Source of the DNA: an uncultured delta proteobacterium
GTDB taxonomy: Bacteria; Myxococcota_A; UBA9160; UBA4427
Assembly: GCA_963822965.1 (NCBI GenBank)
Contig: CAWGJT010000005.1
Span: 1,568,001 to 1,632,000, forward strand
Reading direction: 5' to 3'
Length of the DNA stretch: 64,000 bases
Positions within the stretch are counted from its first letter, which is position 1; each line of letters begins with the position of its first letter. This document shows, in pieces, positions 38,159-50,880 of the stretch. The notes beneath the pieces are model-generated. The model saw only the letters and a program-made list of their open reading frames with translations. It had not been told where the DNA came from and searched no databases. A program made the position numbers and the translations under genes.

Positions 38159-38550
38159 TCAGGTGCGCGCGTCGGCGTCCGGCCGGGTGTACCACCAGGC
38201 CCAGGCGAGAAAGAGGGCCTGGAAGGGGAGCCGCACGTAGGCGAGCGCGCCGGGGCCGCTTCCCGGCCCGTCGCGGCCCACGTTCTCGAACGCCGCGTAG
38301 AGGTTCGCGGGGAAGACCGCGATCAGCAGGGCGATGATCCCCCAGGCGGCGAGCACCCGGGTGCGGGGCTCCAGCAGGAAGACGCCGAGGACGATCTCCG
38401 CCAGCCCCGAGATCACGTTGAGCCACTCCGGGTCCGGCAGGGCCGGCGGCATGATGCGGACGTAGAAGTCCGGGTTCATCCGATGGTTGAAGCCGCCGCC
38501 ACATAGAAGGCCGCCATGATCCAGAGCAGCCAGGTCTTGCCACGACTCAC
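38159..38550 (-). CDS. DoxX-like membrane protein (one apparent frameshift near 38495)
   Basis: GTG 38550 overlaps the RND stop. MAAFYVAA[G]FNH.MNPDFYVRIMPP...ISGLAEIVLG...LIAVFPANLY...RLPFQ. Confidence 0.75.
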
Positions 38551-41500
38551 GGGGTCACCTCCGTGCGGGCTCCCGCGCGCGCATGCCGGCGGCGGCGGAG
38601 GTGCGCCTTCACCCACTCCGCCCCGTCGTCGAGCACCACGTAGAGCGCGGGCACCACCAGCAGGGTGAGGAGCGTGGACGAGAACATGCCGGCCGCGGTG
38701 GCCACCGCCATGGGCTGGCGCGACTCGGATCCGGGTCCCACGCCGAGGGCCGCGGGCAGCACGCCGAAGATCATCGAGAAGGCCGTCATCAGCACGGGTC
38801 GCATGCGCACCGGAGCCGCGCGACGCATGGCCTCCACCTTGTCGAGCCCCTCGTCGCGCAGCTGGTTCGCGAAGTCCACCAGCAGGATCGAGTTCTTCGT
38901 CACCAGGCCGAACAGCAGGATGATGCCGATCATGCTGAAGAGGTTGAGCGTCATGCCCGCCGCCCACAGGGCGCCGAGGGCGCCGATCATCGAGAGGGGC
39001 AGCGCCAGCATCACGGTGAGCGGATGGATCAGGCTCTCGAACTGTGCGGCCAGCACCATGTAGATCACCAGGATGGCGAGCCCGAGGGCCAGGGCGAACT
39101 GCCGCACGCTCTCCAGGAAGGCCTCGGCACTGCCGGAGAACGTGATGTTCGTGCCCTCGGGCAGCAGCGTCTGACCGAGCTCGCGCACCACCTCGATGGC
39201 GTCGGCGACGGGAACGTCCTCGAGGTTCGTGGAGACCGTGACGCTGCGCATGCGGTTCAGCCGGGTGATCTTCGACGGGGCCGCGCCCGTCTCGATGTCC
39301 ACCAGGTTGCGCAGCTCGACCACGTCCCCGTCCTTCGTCCGCACGTAGAGGCGGCCGATGGACTCGGGGTCGTTGCGCTCGCTCCTGCTCGAGGCGCACG
39401 CGCACGTCGTAGCGGTGGCCGGCGTCCTTGAACTTCGCGATGTCCAGGCCGCCGATCGAGGCCTGCACCACCGTCGCGATCTGAGCGGCATCCACCCCCA
39501 TGGCGGCGGCCTTCTCGCGATCGGGCACCACGCGCACCTCGGGCAGGCCGAGCTGCAGGCTCTCGTTGAAGTCCACGAAGCCCTTGCGCTGCTCGAGCTC
39601 GCGCACGAAGTCGTCCGCCAGCGCGGAGAGCTCGTCCAGCTCGAGGTTGCCGCGGATGGCGAACTCGAACTCGCCGCCGCCGCCCCCGCTGAACTGCGAG
39701 GGATCGAAGACCCGCGACTTCAGGCCGGGGATCCTTCCGAGGGCGTCCCGGGCCGCCACCATCAGCTCCTGGGCGGTGCGATCCCGTTCGGCGGCGGGCT
39801 TCAGCACCGAGACGAAGACGGCGTTGTTGACGGCGCCCGGCCCTTCCGGTCCCGAGACGCCGACGCCGGCGAAGAGGCCGTTCACCTCGGGCTGCGCGAG
39901 CATCCACTTCTCCGCCTGGGTCAGCCGCTCGAGCGTGCCCTGCAGGGTGGTGCCCGGCGGCGTCTCCATCAGGGCGAAGATGCGACCCTCGTCGGACGGC
40001 GGGAAGAACTCGAACCCGAGCCGCGAGCCGAAGCCGATCCCGATCGCGAACGAGAGCACCGCGATACCGAGCACGATGGTGCGATGCGCGAGCGCCCAGC
40101 CGAGAACGCCCTCGTAGCTGCGCTCGAGCCACAGGAAGCCCTGCTCGAGCCGGTGATAGATGCTGCCGTGGGCGCGCGCCTCGGGCGGCGGCATGCGCGC
40201 CGCGAGCATCGGCGTGAGGGTGAGCGCGACGAACAGCGAGAACATCACCGCCGCGGCCACCGTGACGCCGAACTCGCCGAGGAACGAGCCGACGAGGCCC
40301 TCCACGAAGATCACCGGAAGGAAGACCACCGCGATGGAGAGGGTGGCCGCGGTGGCCGCGAAGGCGATCTGGCGCGTGCCCTTCGAGGCGGCCTCGAAGG
40401 GCGCCTCGCCCGCCTCCCGGTGCCGCTCGATGTTCTCGAGCACGACGATGGCGTCGTCGATCACCACGCCCACCGCCAGGGCCAGGGCCAGCAGGGTCAT
40501 GATGTTGAGGGTGGCCCCGAAGATCCACATCACACCGAAGCTCGCGATGATGGAGAGCGGGATGGCGGTGGCCACGATGAGCGTCGGCCGGGTGCGCCGC
40601 AGGAAGACGAAGACCACCAGGGTGGCGAGGAAGGCGCCGAAGACCAGCGCGAACTGGGTCTCCGCCACCGAATCGCGGATGGACTGGGAGAAGTCCATGA
40701 TGCCCTCCCAGTCGGCGATCTCGATGCCGGCCGGCGCGAACTTCTTCAGCTCCTCGACGCGCTCGCGGACGTCCGTCGCGATCGCCACCGTGTTCGCCTG
40801 GGACTGCTTCAGGACGCCGATGCCCGCGCCCTGGCCGCCGTTGAAGCGCGCCAGGAAGCGCTCGGTCCTCGGCGCCGTCCTCCACCCGGGCCACGTCCCG
40901 AAGTCGCACCTCGGCGCCGTCGACGTTCGCGACGATGAGGTCGGCGAGCTCGTCGACGGTCTCGAACTCGGCGTCGGTCTTGAGCGAGTACTCGATCTCG
41001 CGGCTCTCGACCCGACCGCCGGGCCGCTCCACGTGCTCGCGCTGCACGGCTTCGATCACGTCGCCCGCGGAGAGGTTGCGCGCGCGCATGGCGCGCGGCG
41101 TCGAGCCAGATGCGGATGGCGCGGTCCCGCCGCCCGAAGATCTCGGTGGACGCGACGCCGTCGATCGTCTCGATGTAGGGCTTCATCGTGTAGCGGACGT
41201 ACTCGGTCACCTCGACGGCGGGGCGGGTCGAGTTGATCGGGATCCAGACGATCGGGCCGGTTCGCGAGGTTGATCTTGTCGACGACCGGCGGCTCGAGCT
41301 CCTTGGGCAGCTCCCGACGCGCGCGGGCGACCTTGTCGCGCACGTCCTGGGTGGCCTGGTCGAGGTCCCGCTCCAGCTCGAACTCGGCCACGATGGTGGC
41401 CGCGCCGTGGAAGGTGGTGGACGAGAGCTTGCGCAGGCCGCCGATGGTGTTGAGGTGCTCCTCGAGCACCTCGGTGACGTCCTCCTCCATCACCTCGGGC

Positions 41501-41664
41501 GCCGCGCCCTCGAGCTGCGCGGTGACCGTGACGACGGGGAACTCCATGTTGGGCAGCTGGTCGACGCCCAGCTGCCGATAGCCCAGCACCCCGAACACGA
41601 CGAGCGAGAGCGTCAGCATCCAGGTGAGGATCGGACGCTGGATGCAGAGGTCGATGAGGTTCAT
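38547..41664 (-). CDS. RND efflux transporter permease (AcrB/MdtB family) with about four apparent frameshifts
   Basis: MNLIDLCIQRP..., GVVIDDAIVVLENI, VALTLTPML, GLVTKNSILLVDFA, RMRPVLMT spread over consecutive ORFs; shifts near 41250, 41095, 40865 and 39380. Confidence 0.9.
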
Positions 41665-42803
41665 CGGGCGTCCGCGCTGTGAATGGGCTCTTCGGCGAGC
41701 GAGCCGTCGGGGTGGCGCGGGACGATCACGCTGCCGTCGATCAGGTCGGCGTGGCCGCGGCTCACCACCGCGTCGCCGGGGTCCAGGCCCTCCCGGATCT
41801 CGATCCAGCCCTCGCGGATGCTGCCGGTGCGCACGATGCGCCGCTCCACGCGGTTGCCCTCGAGCACCCGGAAGACCACCGAGCCGTCCGCGCGCTGCAG
41901 CACCGCCTCCTCGGGCACCATCAGGACGCCCTCGCGGTGGGCCACGCCGAGCAGGGCGCGCGCGAAGAGCCCGGGACTGAGACGTCGCGTCGGCGTTGGC
42001 GATCAGCGCCTTCACGCGCAGGGTGCGGGTGCGCGGGTCGATGGTCGGCGAGATCATCTCCACCACCGCCTCGAACACCTCGTCGGGATAGGGGGCGACG
42101 GAGACGTCGATCGGATCGCCGTGGTGCACCCGGCTCTTGTCCGCCTCGGGCAGGTGGAACTCCACCTCGATGGGATCGAGGGAGACCAGCTCGAAGAGCT
42201 TCTCGCCCATGACGACGAACTCGCCGCGGTCCGCCCAGCGGCGCGCGATCAGGCCGGCGAAGCGGGCGCGTACCGTCGCGTCGCGCACGGCGCGCTCGGC
42301 GGTGCCGAGCTCGGCCTGGGCGACCTGCAGCCGGGCCCGCGCCGTCTCGAGGGCGGTCTTCGCCTGGTCGAGCTGGCTCTCGGCGGCGATGCGGCTGCCC
42401 GCCAGCGCGGAGACCCGCTTCACCTCGCGCTGCTGCTCCGCCACCGAGGCCGCGGCCTCGGCGACCCGGGCGCGGGCAGCCTCGAGGTCGAGGTTGCGCC
42501 GCTCGGGATCGATCTCCATGACGACGTCCCCGTCGGCGACGGCGTCCCCCTCGTCGGCGAGGATCTCGGTGATCTCCCCGGCGATCTGCGCGCGACACGT
42601 CGGCCTCGTGCTTGGCCAGCAGCTCGCCCGAGGCCTCGATCTGCTCCTCGAAGTCGCGGACTGCCACCGGCGTCACCACGGCCGGACGGGACGGGGTGGA
42701 CTGGGAGTCGCCCTCCTGGCTTCCACAGCCGAGACCGCCCCAGAGTGCGAGACCGACGACTCCCGCCGGCAGCCAGCCGCCGGCGCGCGCGCGGGCGTCT
42801 CAT
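41661..42803 (-). CDS. RND membrane-fusion (periplasmic adaptor) protein with about three apparent frameshifts
   Basis: FEEQIEASGEL, coiled-coil hairpin, ATVRARFAG, SPTIDPRTRTL, LMVPEEAV, EIREGLDPGD; ATGA overlaps with both neighbours. Confidence 0.85.
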
Positions 42804-43429
42804 CGCGTCCCCCGGCCCCGGCACAGCAGGCCGGCTTCCACGACGTCGAAGGCGAGATCGAGCAGCCCGGGGGCGAGATCCTCCCGGGCGGTGCCGAGGT
42901 GGAGCGAGATGACGCCGTGCACCACCGCCCACAGCAGCTGGAAGGCGGCGTCCAGATCGCCCGTCGAGAGGCTGCCGGCCTCGGCCAGCCGCTCGAGGTC
43001 CTGCCGCACGAGATCGCGGGCGGCCGTCGCCGACGGCACGGCTTCCACGTCGCGCAGCCCCGCCTGGAAGAGCAGCTGGTAGTGGCTCGGGTTCCGGCGT
43101 GCGAAGGCCACGAAGGCCGCGGCCATCTCGCGCAGGTGACGGGCCGGGTCGTCCGAGGGCCGAATCGCCGCCATGGCGTGGTAGCCGCGGCGGAAGCGCT
43201 CCTCGAGCAGGTGGTCGATCAGCCCCTGCTTGTCGCCGAAGTGGTGGTAGATCGTGGGCGCCGAGTAGCCGCAGCGCTCCGACACCTTGCGAATCGAGAC
43301 CCCGTCGACGCCGTCGGCCAGGAGCACGGCCTCGGTGGCCTTCAGGATCTCGGCGGGCGCGGCGGAGCGGCGCCGCCGTCGGGACGCAGGGGAGGTATCC
43401 GCGGGGTTGGAATGGGCAGCGGGGTGCAC
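42800..43429 (-). CDS. TetR/AcrR family transcriptional regulator (WHG-type C-terminus)
   Basis: HTH SIRKVSERCGYSAPTIYHHFGDKQGL; LWAVVHG. Confidence 0.92.
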   Translation of the reverse strand: MHPAAHSNPADTSPASRRRRRSAAPAEILKATEAVLLADGVDGVSIRKVSERCGYSAPTIYHHFGDKQGLIDHLLEERFRRGYHAMAAIRPSDDPARHLREMAAAFVAFARRNPSHYQLLFQAGLRDVEAVPSATAARDLVRQDLERLAEAGSLSTGDLDAAFQLLWAVVHGVISLHLGTAREDLAPGLLDLAFDVVEAGLLCRGRGTR

Positions 43430-43460
43430 GGGGGTTCCTGACGGGGCGCGTCCGGAAGGC

Positions 43461-43475
43461 TATAGCGGCGTTATA
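43461..43475. promoter_or_regulatory. Candidate TetR operator
   Basis: AT-rich imperfect palindrome TATAGCGGCGTTATA about 30 bp upstream of the TetR start. Confidence 0.45.
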
Positions 43476-43733
43476 CGTCCATCTTGATACAACAGACGCG
43501 AGCGCACCGGCAACTCCCTCCGCCCGGCCGGCGGTCCGGCAAACCCGGGGCGGCGCACTAGAGCCCATCTCACAGGCCCCGACCGAGCCAGGCGAGCGAG
43601 CTCGCCCCGAGATCGAGGCGCGAAAGCGAAGGCGTAGTGTCGCTACGGCGAGGTTTCGCAACGATGAGATCGGGGCGAAGACGCCGCCCGGCGACCGAGC
43701 GGGCTTGTGAGGTGGGCTCTAGACTGGGAGGCC

Positions 43734-44063
43734 ATGAGCGACCCGCCTCCCGACCCGGCGCCCGAAGACCGCGCCGAGCACGTCCTGCGGACCTTCCTCG
43801 AAGAGCCGATGCTCTGGCCGGTCGCACTCGTGGTCTTCCTGACCGCCATCACGTTCGGCGCGGCGATCCTGGTCTTCGCGATCCGGCTGCGGGGCCTGGT
43901 GGCGGGGGCGGCGCTGCTGATGCTGATCTTCCTGTCCGTGTGGGGCCTGGACCAGGACATCCGGGACCGGCGCCTGCGGCCCACCAGCCGCGTGGTGCTG
44001 GGCCTGTGGGTGGGCAGCGGCCTGGCCGCGGTAGCCCTCGACTGGCTCGGGGCCTTCCAGTAG
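43734..44063 (+). CDS. Small multi-TM hypothetical membrane protein
   Basis: ATG after GGGAGG; three hydrophobic segments. Confidence 0.75.
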   Translation: MSDPPPDPAPEDRAEHVLRTFLEEPMLWPVALVVFLTAITFGAAILVFAIRLRGLVAGAALLMLIFLSVWGLDQDIRDRRLRPTSRVVLGLWVGSGLAAVALDWLGAFQ

Positions 44064-44139
44064 GGCCCGGCCACGACACACAACAGATGCGCGGCAGAAC
44101 GGCCGATGGAGCGGGGGAGATCCAGGCCGGGAGCCCGCC

Positions 44140-45624
<1,485 letters not shown>

Positions 45625-45632
45625 AGGCCACC

Positions 45633-46307
45633 ATGCCGGGCTTCTACGGGGCGGGAGACGGCTGGCTGGCGGCGCGGGTGCTCTTTCTCGTGCCGGTCCT
45701 GCTCTCGCTCACGGTCCACGAGTTCGCCCACGCCTGGACGGCGCGCGCCCTCGGCGACGACACCGCCGAGCGTGCCGGGCGTCTCACCCTGAACCCCCTC
45801 GAGCACATCGATCCCGTGGGCCTGCTGCTGCCGTTGCTCGGCGTCCCCTTCGGCTGGGCGAAGCCCGTGCCCGTGGATCCCGCCCGCTTCTCGCCCGGGG
45901 TGAGCATGGAGACGGGGCTGGTCCTCACCGCCGGGGCGGGCCCCCTCTCGAACGGGGTGATCGCGATCCTGGCCACGGTCGCCATGGGCCTCTGGGCCCG
46001 CTTCGATCCGGCCGCCGCCACGGCGGGCGGCGGGTCCTGGGCCATGCTGCAGAGCGTCGCATTCCTGAACCTGCTGCTCGCGCTCTTCAACCTGCTGCCG
46101 GTTCCGCCCCTGGACGGCAGCCGCATCGCGGACGGCCTGATGCCCCGTTCCCTGCGCCCCGCCTGGGAGACCTTCTCGCGTCTCGGCCCCCTGGCCCTGC
46201 TCGCGGTGCTCTTCCTGCCCGCGCTCGCCGGCGTGAGCCTCCTCGCCTGGCCCCTCGCCCGGGCGCACGCCCTGCTCGACGCAATCTTCGCGCTGCTCGC
46301 GGGCTGA
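45633..46307 (+). CDS. Site-2 protease family (peptidase M50) intramembrane metalloprotease
   Basis: HEFAH, GDDTA...[38 protein letters not shown]. Confidence 0.93.
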   Translation: MPGFYGAGDGWLAARVLFLVPVLLSLTVHEFAHAWTARALGDDTAERAGRLTLNPLEHIDPVGLLLPLLGVPFGWAKPVPVDPARFSPGVSMETGLVLTAGAGPLSNGVIAILATVAMGLWARFDPAAATAGGGSWAMLQSVAFLNLLLALFNLLPVPPLDGSRIADGLMPRSLRPAWETFSRLGPLALLAVLFLPALAGVSLLAWPLARAHALLDAIFALLAG

Positions 46308-46408
46308 CTCGCAGGCACGGGCGTCTGCGGGTTATCATCGCGCTCCCTTCCCCGTCCCTCTTTCGCCACCTCCCATTCCTCCATTCCCCCACGCGCGGAG
46401 ACACACCG

Positions 46409-47635
46409 ATGGCCATCGACTTCAGCTTCCCCCCCGAGATCGAACAGGTGCGCATGCGCGTGCGCGACTTCTGCGAGCAGGTGGTGCGTCCGGCGGAGAA
46501 GGAGATCGACGCCAACGAGGGCGACCGCGGCGTGCTGGTGAAGCAGGTGATCAAGATGCGCAAGACCGCCCAGGAATGGGGCCTGTGGCTGCCGCACATG
46601 CCCGAGGAGTACGGCGGCATGGGCCTCGGTCACGTGGCCATGGCGAGCGTCTCCGCCGAGGCGGCAAAGACCCGCTTCGGTCCCTTCGCGCTGAACGCCC
46701 AGGCGCCCGACGAGGGCAACATGCACACCCTGCTGCACTGGGCGACGGACGCGCAGAAGGAGAAGTACCTGCGCCCCCTGTGCAACGGCACCATGCGCTC
46801 GTGCTTCGCGATGACCGAGCCCGAGGTGGCCGGCTCGGACCCCACGCTGATCCGCACCGAGGCGGTGGAGGACGGCGACCACTGGCTGATCAACGGCCAC
46901 AAGTGGTTCATCTCCGGCGCCCGCGGCGCGCAGTTCGCCATCCTGATCGCGCGCACCGAGAACGACCCCGAGGTTCCCCAGGCCGTGAACTCGGCGTTCC
47001 TCGTGGACATCCCGTCCGACGGCTGGGAGATCGTGCGCGACGTCGAGACGATGAGCGGCTCCCACAATCACTGCGAGATCCGCATCGAGAACCTGCGCGT
47101 CCACAAGGACCAGATGCTGGGCGGCCGCGGCCAGGGCCACCGCCTGGGCCAGGCCCGCCTCGGCCCCGCGCGCCTCGCCCACTGCATGCGCTGGATCGGG
47201 CAGGCCGAGACCGCCCTGAACATGACGATCGATCGCGCGCTCAAGCGCTTCGCCCACGGCTCCCTGCTGGCCGAGAAGCAGGGCATCCAGTGGATGATCG
47301 CCGACTCGACGATGGAGCTGTACCAGTCGAAGCTGATGGTGCTGCACGCCGCCTACCGCATCGACAACGGGCTGGAGTTCAAGAGCGAGGTCTCGATGGC
47401 GAAGCACTTCGTCGCCAACGCCCTCGGCCGCATCGTCGACCGCGCGATCCAGGTGCACGGCGCCCTCGGCTACTCGACGGACACGCCGCTGGCGAGCATG
47501 GCCACCCACGCCCGCTGGGCGCGCTTCGCCGACGGGGCCGACGAGGTGCACCAGTGGCGCATCGCCCAGCGCGCCATCGAGGCCTACGCGAAGACCGGCA
47601 GCGTGGCGGCCGCGGCGGGTGACCTCCCGCTCTAG
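46409..47635 (+). CDS. Acyl-CoA dehydrogenase, ACAD10/11 (LvaC)-like
   Basis: NAQAPDEGNMHTL, SCFAMTEPEVAGSD, GQARLGPARLAHCMR, RFADGADEVH. Confidence 0.88.
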   Translation: MAIDFSFPPEIEQVRMRVRDFCEQVVRPAEKEIDANEGDRGVLVKQVIKMRKTAQEWGLWLPHMPEEYGGMGLGHVAMASVSAEAAKTRFGPFALNAQAPDEGNMHTLLHWATDAQKEKYLRPLCNGTMRSCFAMTEPEVAGSDPTLIRTEAVEDGDHWLINGHKWFISGARGAQFAILIARTENDPEVPQAVNSAFLVDIPSDGWEIVRDVETMSGSHNHCEIRIENLRVHKDQMLGGRGQGHRLGQARLGPARLAHCMRWIGQAETALNMTIDRALKRFAHGSLLAEKQGIQWMIADSTMELYQSKLMVLHAAYRIDNGLEFKSEVSMAKHFVANALGRIVDRAIQVHGALGYSTDTPLASMATHARWARFADGADEVHQWRIAQRAIEAYAKTGSVAAAAGDLPL

Positions 47636-47661
47636 CCCGGCCTCGGCCACTCAGGCTGCCC

Positions 47662-47717
47662 TGCTTCGGCCGCGCAGCCTGCCATGCTTCGGCCGCGCAG
47701 CCTGCTTGGCTTCGGCC
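47662..47717. repeat. 23-bp-period direct repeat with hairpin potential between convergent genes
   Basis: TGCTTCGGCCGCGCAGCCTGC at 47662 and 47685, then a partial GCTTCGGCC. Confidence 0.7.
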
Positions 47718-47744
47718 TTCCGCTCGCCCGGAGGCGGGGGCCGC

Positions 47745-48449
47745 TCAGCTCGCCCGAACCTCGGCGAGATAGTCCGCGAGCTGGGTGGGGTCCATGAAGG
47801 TGCGCCAGCCGAGGCCGCCGGCGTCCTTCACGCGCCGCTCCCAGCCGGCGATCCGGTTGCGGAAGACCGCGGGATCCGCGTTGTCGGCGCCGAGCCGCTT
47901 CACGTTCATGGCGGCGACCCAGATGCCCGCGAACTCGTCCTTCGCGAGCTTGCGCTGGGTGCCGGGCGCCAGGTCCTCCTCGAGGTCGCTGAAGACGAGC
48001 ATCACCCGGCTTCCGCTCGCGAGCTCGTCCAGGTACTCCCCCGCCAGCATCATCGCTCCGGGGATGTCCGTGTGCGAGGCGGGCTGCGCCCGGGCGGCGA
48101 GCGCGTCGAGCTTCTGGGCCAGGGCGAGCTTCTGGGCGTTCGCCCGGGACGGCCGCGGGTCCAGGGTGACCAGCGCCTCCAGGTTGTCCTTCTCGTAGCT
48201 CTCGCCGTCGATGCGCACGACGAGCAGGGTGTCGCCCGGCTCCATGGCCGGCAGCACCTCGCGCTTCAGGATGCGCACCACCTCGGGCGCCTGGTCGGCG
48301 TAGGTGCCGGACTCGTCGATGAGCACGCAGATGGCCTGGTCGTAGCGGGACTCGTCGTCGCAAGCGACGAGGAGTGCCGCCATGCCGAGGACGCCGGCGG
48401 CGATCGCGGCGCGCAGGGTCCACGAGAGCGTTCGCGGGTTCGTCTTCAT
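47745..48449 (-). CDS. vWA-domain lipoprotein
   Basis: MKTNPRTLSW...LLVAC lipobox; MIDAS-like LIDESGTY, HTDIPGAM, VFSDLEEDL. Confidence 0.8.
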   Translation of the reverse strand: MKTNPRTLSWTLRAAIAAGVLGMAALLVACDDESRYDQAICVLIDESGTYADQAPEVVRILKREVLPAMEPGDTLLVVRIDGESYEKDNLEALVTLDPRPSRANAQKLALAQKLDALAARAQPASHTDIPGAMMLAGEYLDELASGSRVMLVFSDLEEDLAPGTQRKLAKDEFAGIWVAAMNVKRLGADNADPAVFRNRIAGWERRVKDAGGLGWRTFMDPTQLADYLAEVRAS

Positions 48450-49907
48450 GCTGCCGTCTCCCGGGGCTTGGACGGCGTGGAGACGTCGCGCCCGCCCATG
48501 TAGGCCGACCGGTCGCTCATCGGGCTCCTGCCGGATCATGGATTCGATGCGGAGCGGGATCGCGACGTAGACGTCGTAGACGCTGCCCACGAGCCCGGTC
48601 GCGTGACGCGCCACGTGGGCGCCGCCCGCGGCGATGGCGCCTGCAGCGCGCAGGGCCAGCACCGCGAGCGCCGCCAGGATGTGGCGTCCGCTGTCGATCA
48701 GCATCTCGAGGGGAACGGCGACCAGGGCGAGGATCCAGGGCAGGATGAAGCCCAGCACCGCCTGCCCGATCACCGGGATCATCGACTCGCTGGCCGACGC
48801 GACCATGCGGCTCTCCTCTCCCGCCAGCGAGAGCTTGAGCGCCGACTCCGCCTCGACGATCTGCTCGCGCAGGATCGCGAGCGAGCTCTCGACGCCGGCC
48901 AGGAAGAAGAGCCCGAGCAGCCCGAGGCAGAGCATCAGTCGGCGCCGCGAGCGCGGCATGGTGCCGAGCTTCGGGAACAGCTCGGTGATGCCGAGCATGT
49001 CCATCAGGAAGATGCCGAGGGCCGCCTCCATCAGGACGAGCACCAGGGCCGAGACCGTCGAGACGGGGATGCCGCCCACCCGCGCGCCGGCCGGAACCAG
49101 CTCGGACATGGGCAGCGCGATCAGCTGGAAGTTGATGAATGCGGCGCCGAACGCGATGCCGAGCACGCACGCCGAGACGAGGAAGAGCTTCGCGGCGGAG
49201 AACGTGAGCGCCCGCGCCGCCTCCTCCCGGTCCTGGCGGATCTTCTCGTAGTCCTCGACGAAGGCGTTGATCCGCGTCGAGCTCTCGAGCGCCTGGGCGA
49301 CCGAGTCCTGCATGCGCGCCAGGAGGCCGCGGATCTCCTTCCAGGCGGGCAGCATGGCGCCGAGGATCTTGTGGCGCCGCGCGGAGTCGTCCCGGAACGC
49401 CTGGAGCGCCTTCTTCTCCGCTTCCTCCGACGACTTGCGGATGCCCTCGAGCACCTTCTGGATGTTCGGGTCACCCGCCATGGGAATGTTCGCGATGGTC
49501 CCGACGGCCTCCGACCAGCCCGGAACCTCGGGCGGCACGACGCCGCACTCCTGGTAGTCGCTCTCGAGGGACAGGAGCTTGTCGCCCAGGCGACGCTGGA
49601 GCGCCGCGTACTGGCCGAGCTGCTGAGAGAAGCCCGTGTCCACCCGCTGCAGCTCGCGATCGAGACGCCCCTGGGCTTCCCGCGTCCCCGCCGCCAGCAG
49701 CACGTCCCGGCTGCGTTCGTTCAGCTCGTCGGCAGCGGACGCGCAGCGGCGACCGATCGCCGCCAGCCCGTCGGCCGCCCCCCCACCGAGCCCCTGCAGC
49801 AGCCGCAGCATCGAGCCACGCGCTGCCCACAGGAAGATCACGCTCACCACCCACAGAATGAAGAGGGAGGCCAGGGGATTCCCGGGCCAGATGTAGGCTG
49901 CTTCCAT
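48446..49907 (-). CDS. Conserved-looking membrane protein (N-terminal TM, long coiled coil, four C-terminal TMs); apparent +1 frameshift near 48510
   Basis: ATG 49907 after GGAGG. The shifted frame gives a GC3-rich tail AYMGGRDVSTPSKPRETAA* whose TGA overlaps the next ATG. Confidence 0.75.
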
Positions 49908-50111
49908 CGTCGCTTCCTCCCACCGAGTGATCCCCAATCGGACGAGCCACCCCCCAGGTCCGTGAGTCGGAACACGGAAGGTAGGCGGCGCCCCGCCCGC
50001 AACGGACGTGCGGAGTACAGGCACCCGAGGCGCGCCTTCTCGTCCAGGCACCCGGATGGGCGATTCAAGAGAAGGATCGGGCCTGCCGATCCACGCCCGA
50101 AGGGGGAATCC

Positions 50112-50873
50112 GTGGAAGCGTTCGCCGGCTCGGCCATCCTGCTGCTCGTAGGGGTCTCGACCGTGGTCGGAATCCGCCTCCTCGCTCGCTGGCGTCACGG
50201 CGGCGACCACCCCGAGCTGCTGCTCGGGCTCATGCTCCTGCTCACGGTGGGCGTCGGCTACCCGACCATGATCGGCGCCGACCGCACCCAGGGCGACCTC
50301 GCCCGCGGCCTCTTCCTGATCGCGAACGCGAGCGTGAACGTCGGCTTCTCGCTGCTCTTCCTCTTTACCTGGCGCGTCTTCCGAGCGGAATCGAGCGGGG
50401 CCCGCCTCCTCGCCGGGGCGGGGGTCGCGAGCCTGGCCGTGAACCTGGGGTTCCGCGTCTTCGGGATGATCGACGGGCCGGAGATCGCCATCGCCCGGGA
50501 GGCGCCCATGGAGAGCGTGCTCCAGATGGTGCCCGTGGCGTTCGCCTACGGCTGGACCGCCCTCGAGTCGCTCCGCTACTGGACCATGATGCGCCGGCGG
50601 GTGCGGCTCGGCCTTGCCGACGCCGCGGTCTGCAACCGCTTCCTGCTGTGGGGGCTGATGTCGATCTTCGTGATCGCGGGTCTCGGCCTCAACCTGTCCG
50701 CGATCGTCCGCCAGGTCGACGTCTTCACGTCGCCCTGGGTGATGCTCGGCTCGAGCATCACCGGGCTCTGCCAGGCGGGCCTGCTGCTCCTCGCCTTCCT
50801 GCCGCCGGTCGCCTACCTGCGCTGGCTGGCGGGCGAGGACCGCGGAGGCGCGCCCGCCTCGGCCGCCGCCTGA
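50112..50873 (+). CDS. Stand-alone seven-TM hypothetical membrane protein
   Basis: GTG after AGGGGG; seven hydrophobic segments; ends LAFLPPVAYLRWL. Confidence 0.75.
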   Translation: MEAFAGSAILLLVGVSTVVGIRLLARWRHGGDHPELLLGLMLLLTVGVGYPTMIGADRTQGDLARGLFLIANASVNVGFSLLFLFTWRVFRAESSGARLLAGAGVASLAVNLGFRVFGMIDGPEIAIAREAPMESVLQMVPVAFAYGWTALESLRYWTMMRRRVRLGLADAAVCNRFLLWGLMSIFVIAGLGLNLSAIVRQVDVFTSPWVMLGSSITGLCQAGLLLLAFLPPVAYLRWLAGEDRGGAPASAAA

Positions 50874-50880
50874 GGATCGC

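Noticed and set aside
38547..42803. Type I secretion system for the giant RTX protein
   Set aside because: The transporter is an RND permease, not an HlyB-type ABC exporter.
47745..50210. 821-aa membrane-vWA fusion protein
   Set aside because: An internal signal peptide and lipobox at 48449 and a better-coded alternative frame ending in an ATGA overlap indicate two genes joined by an indel.
50112..50873. Microbial rhodopsin
   Set aside because: The seventh helix lacks the DxxxK retinal-binding lysine.
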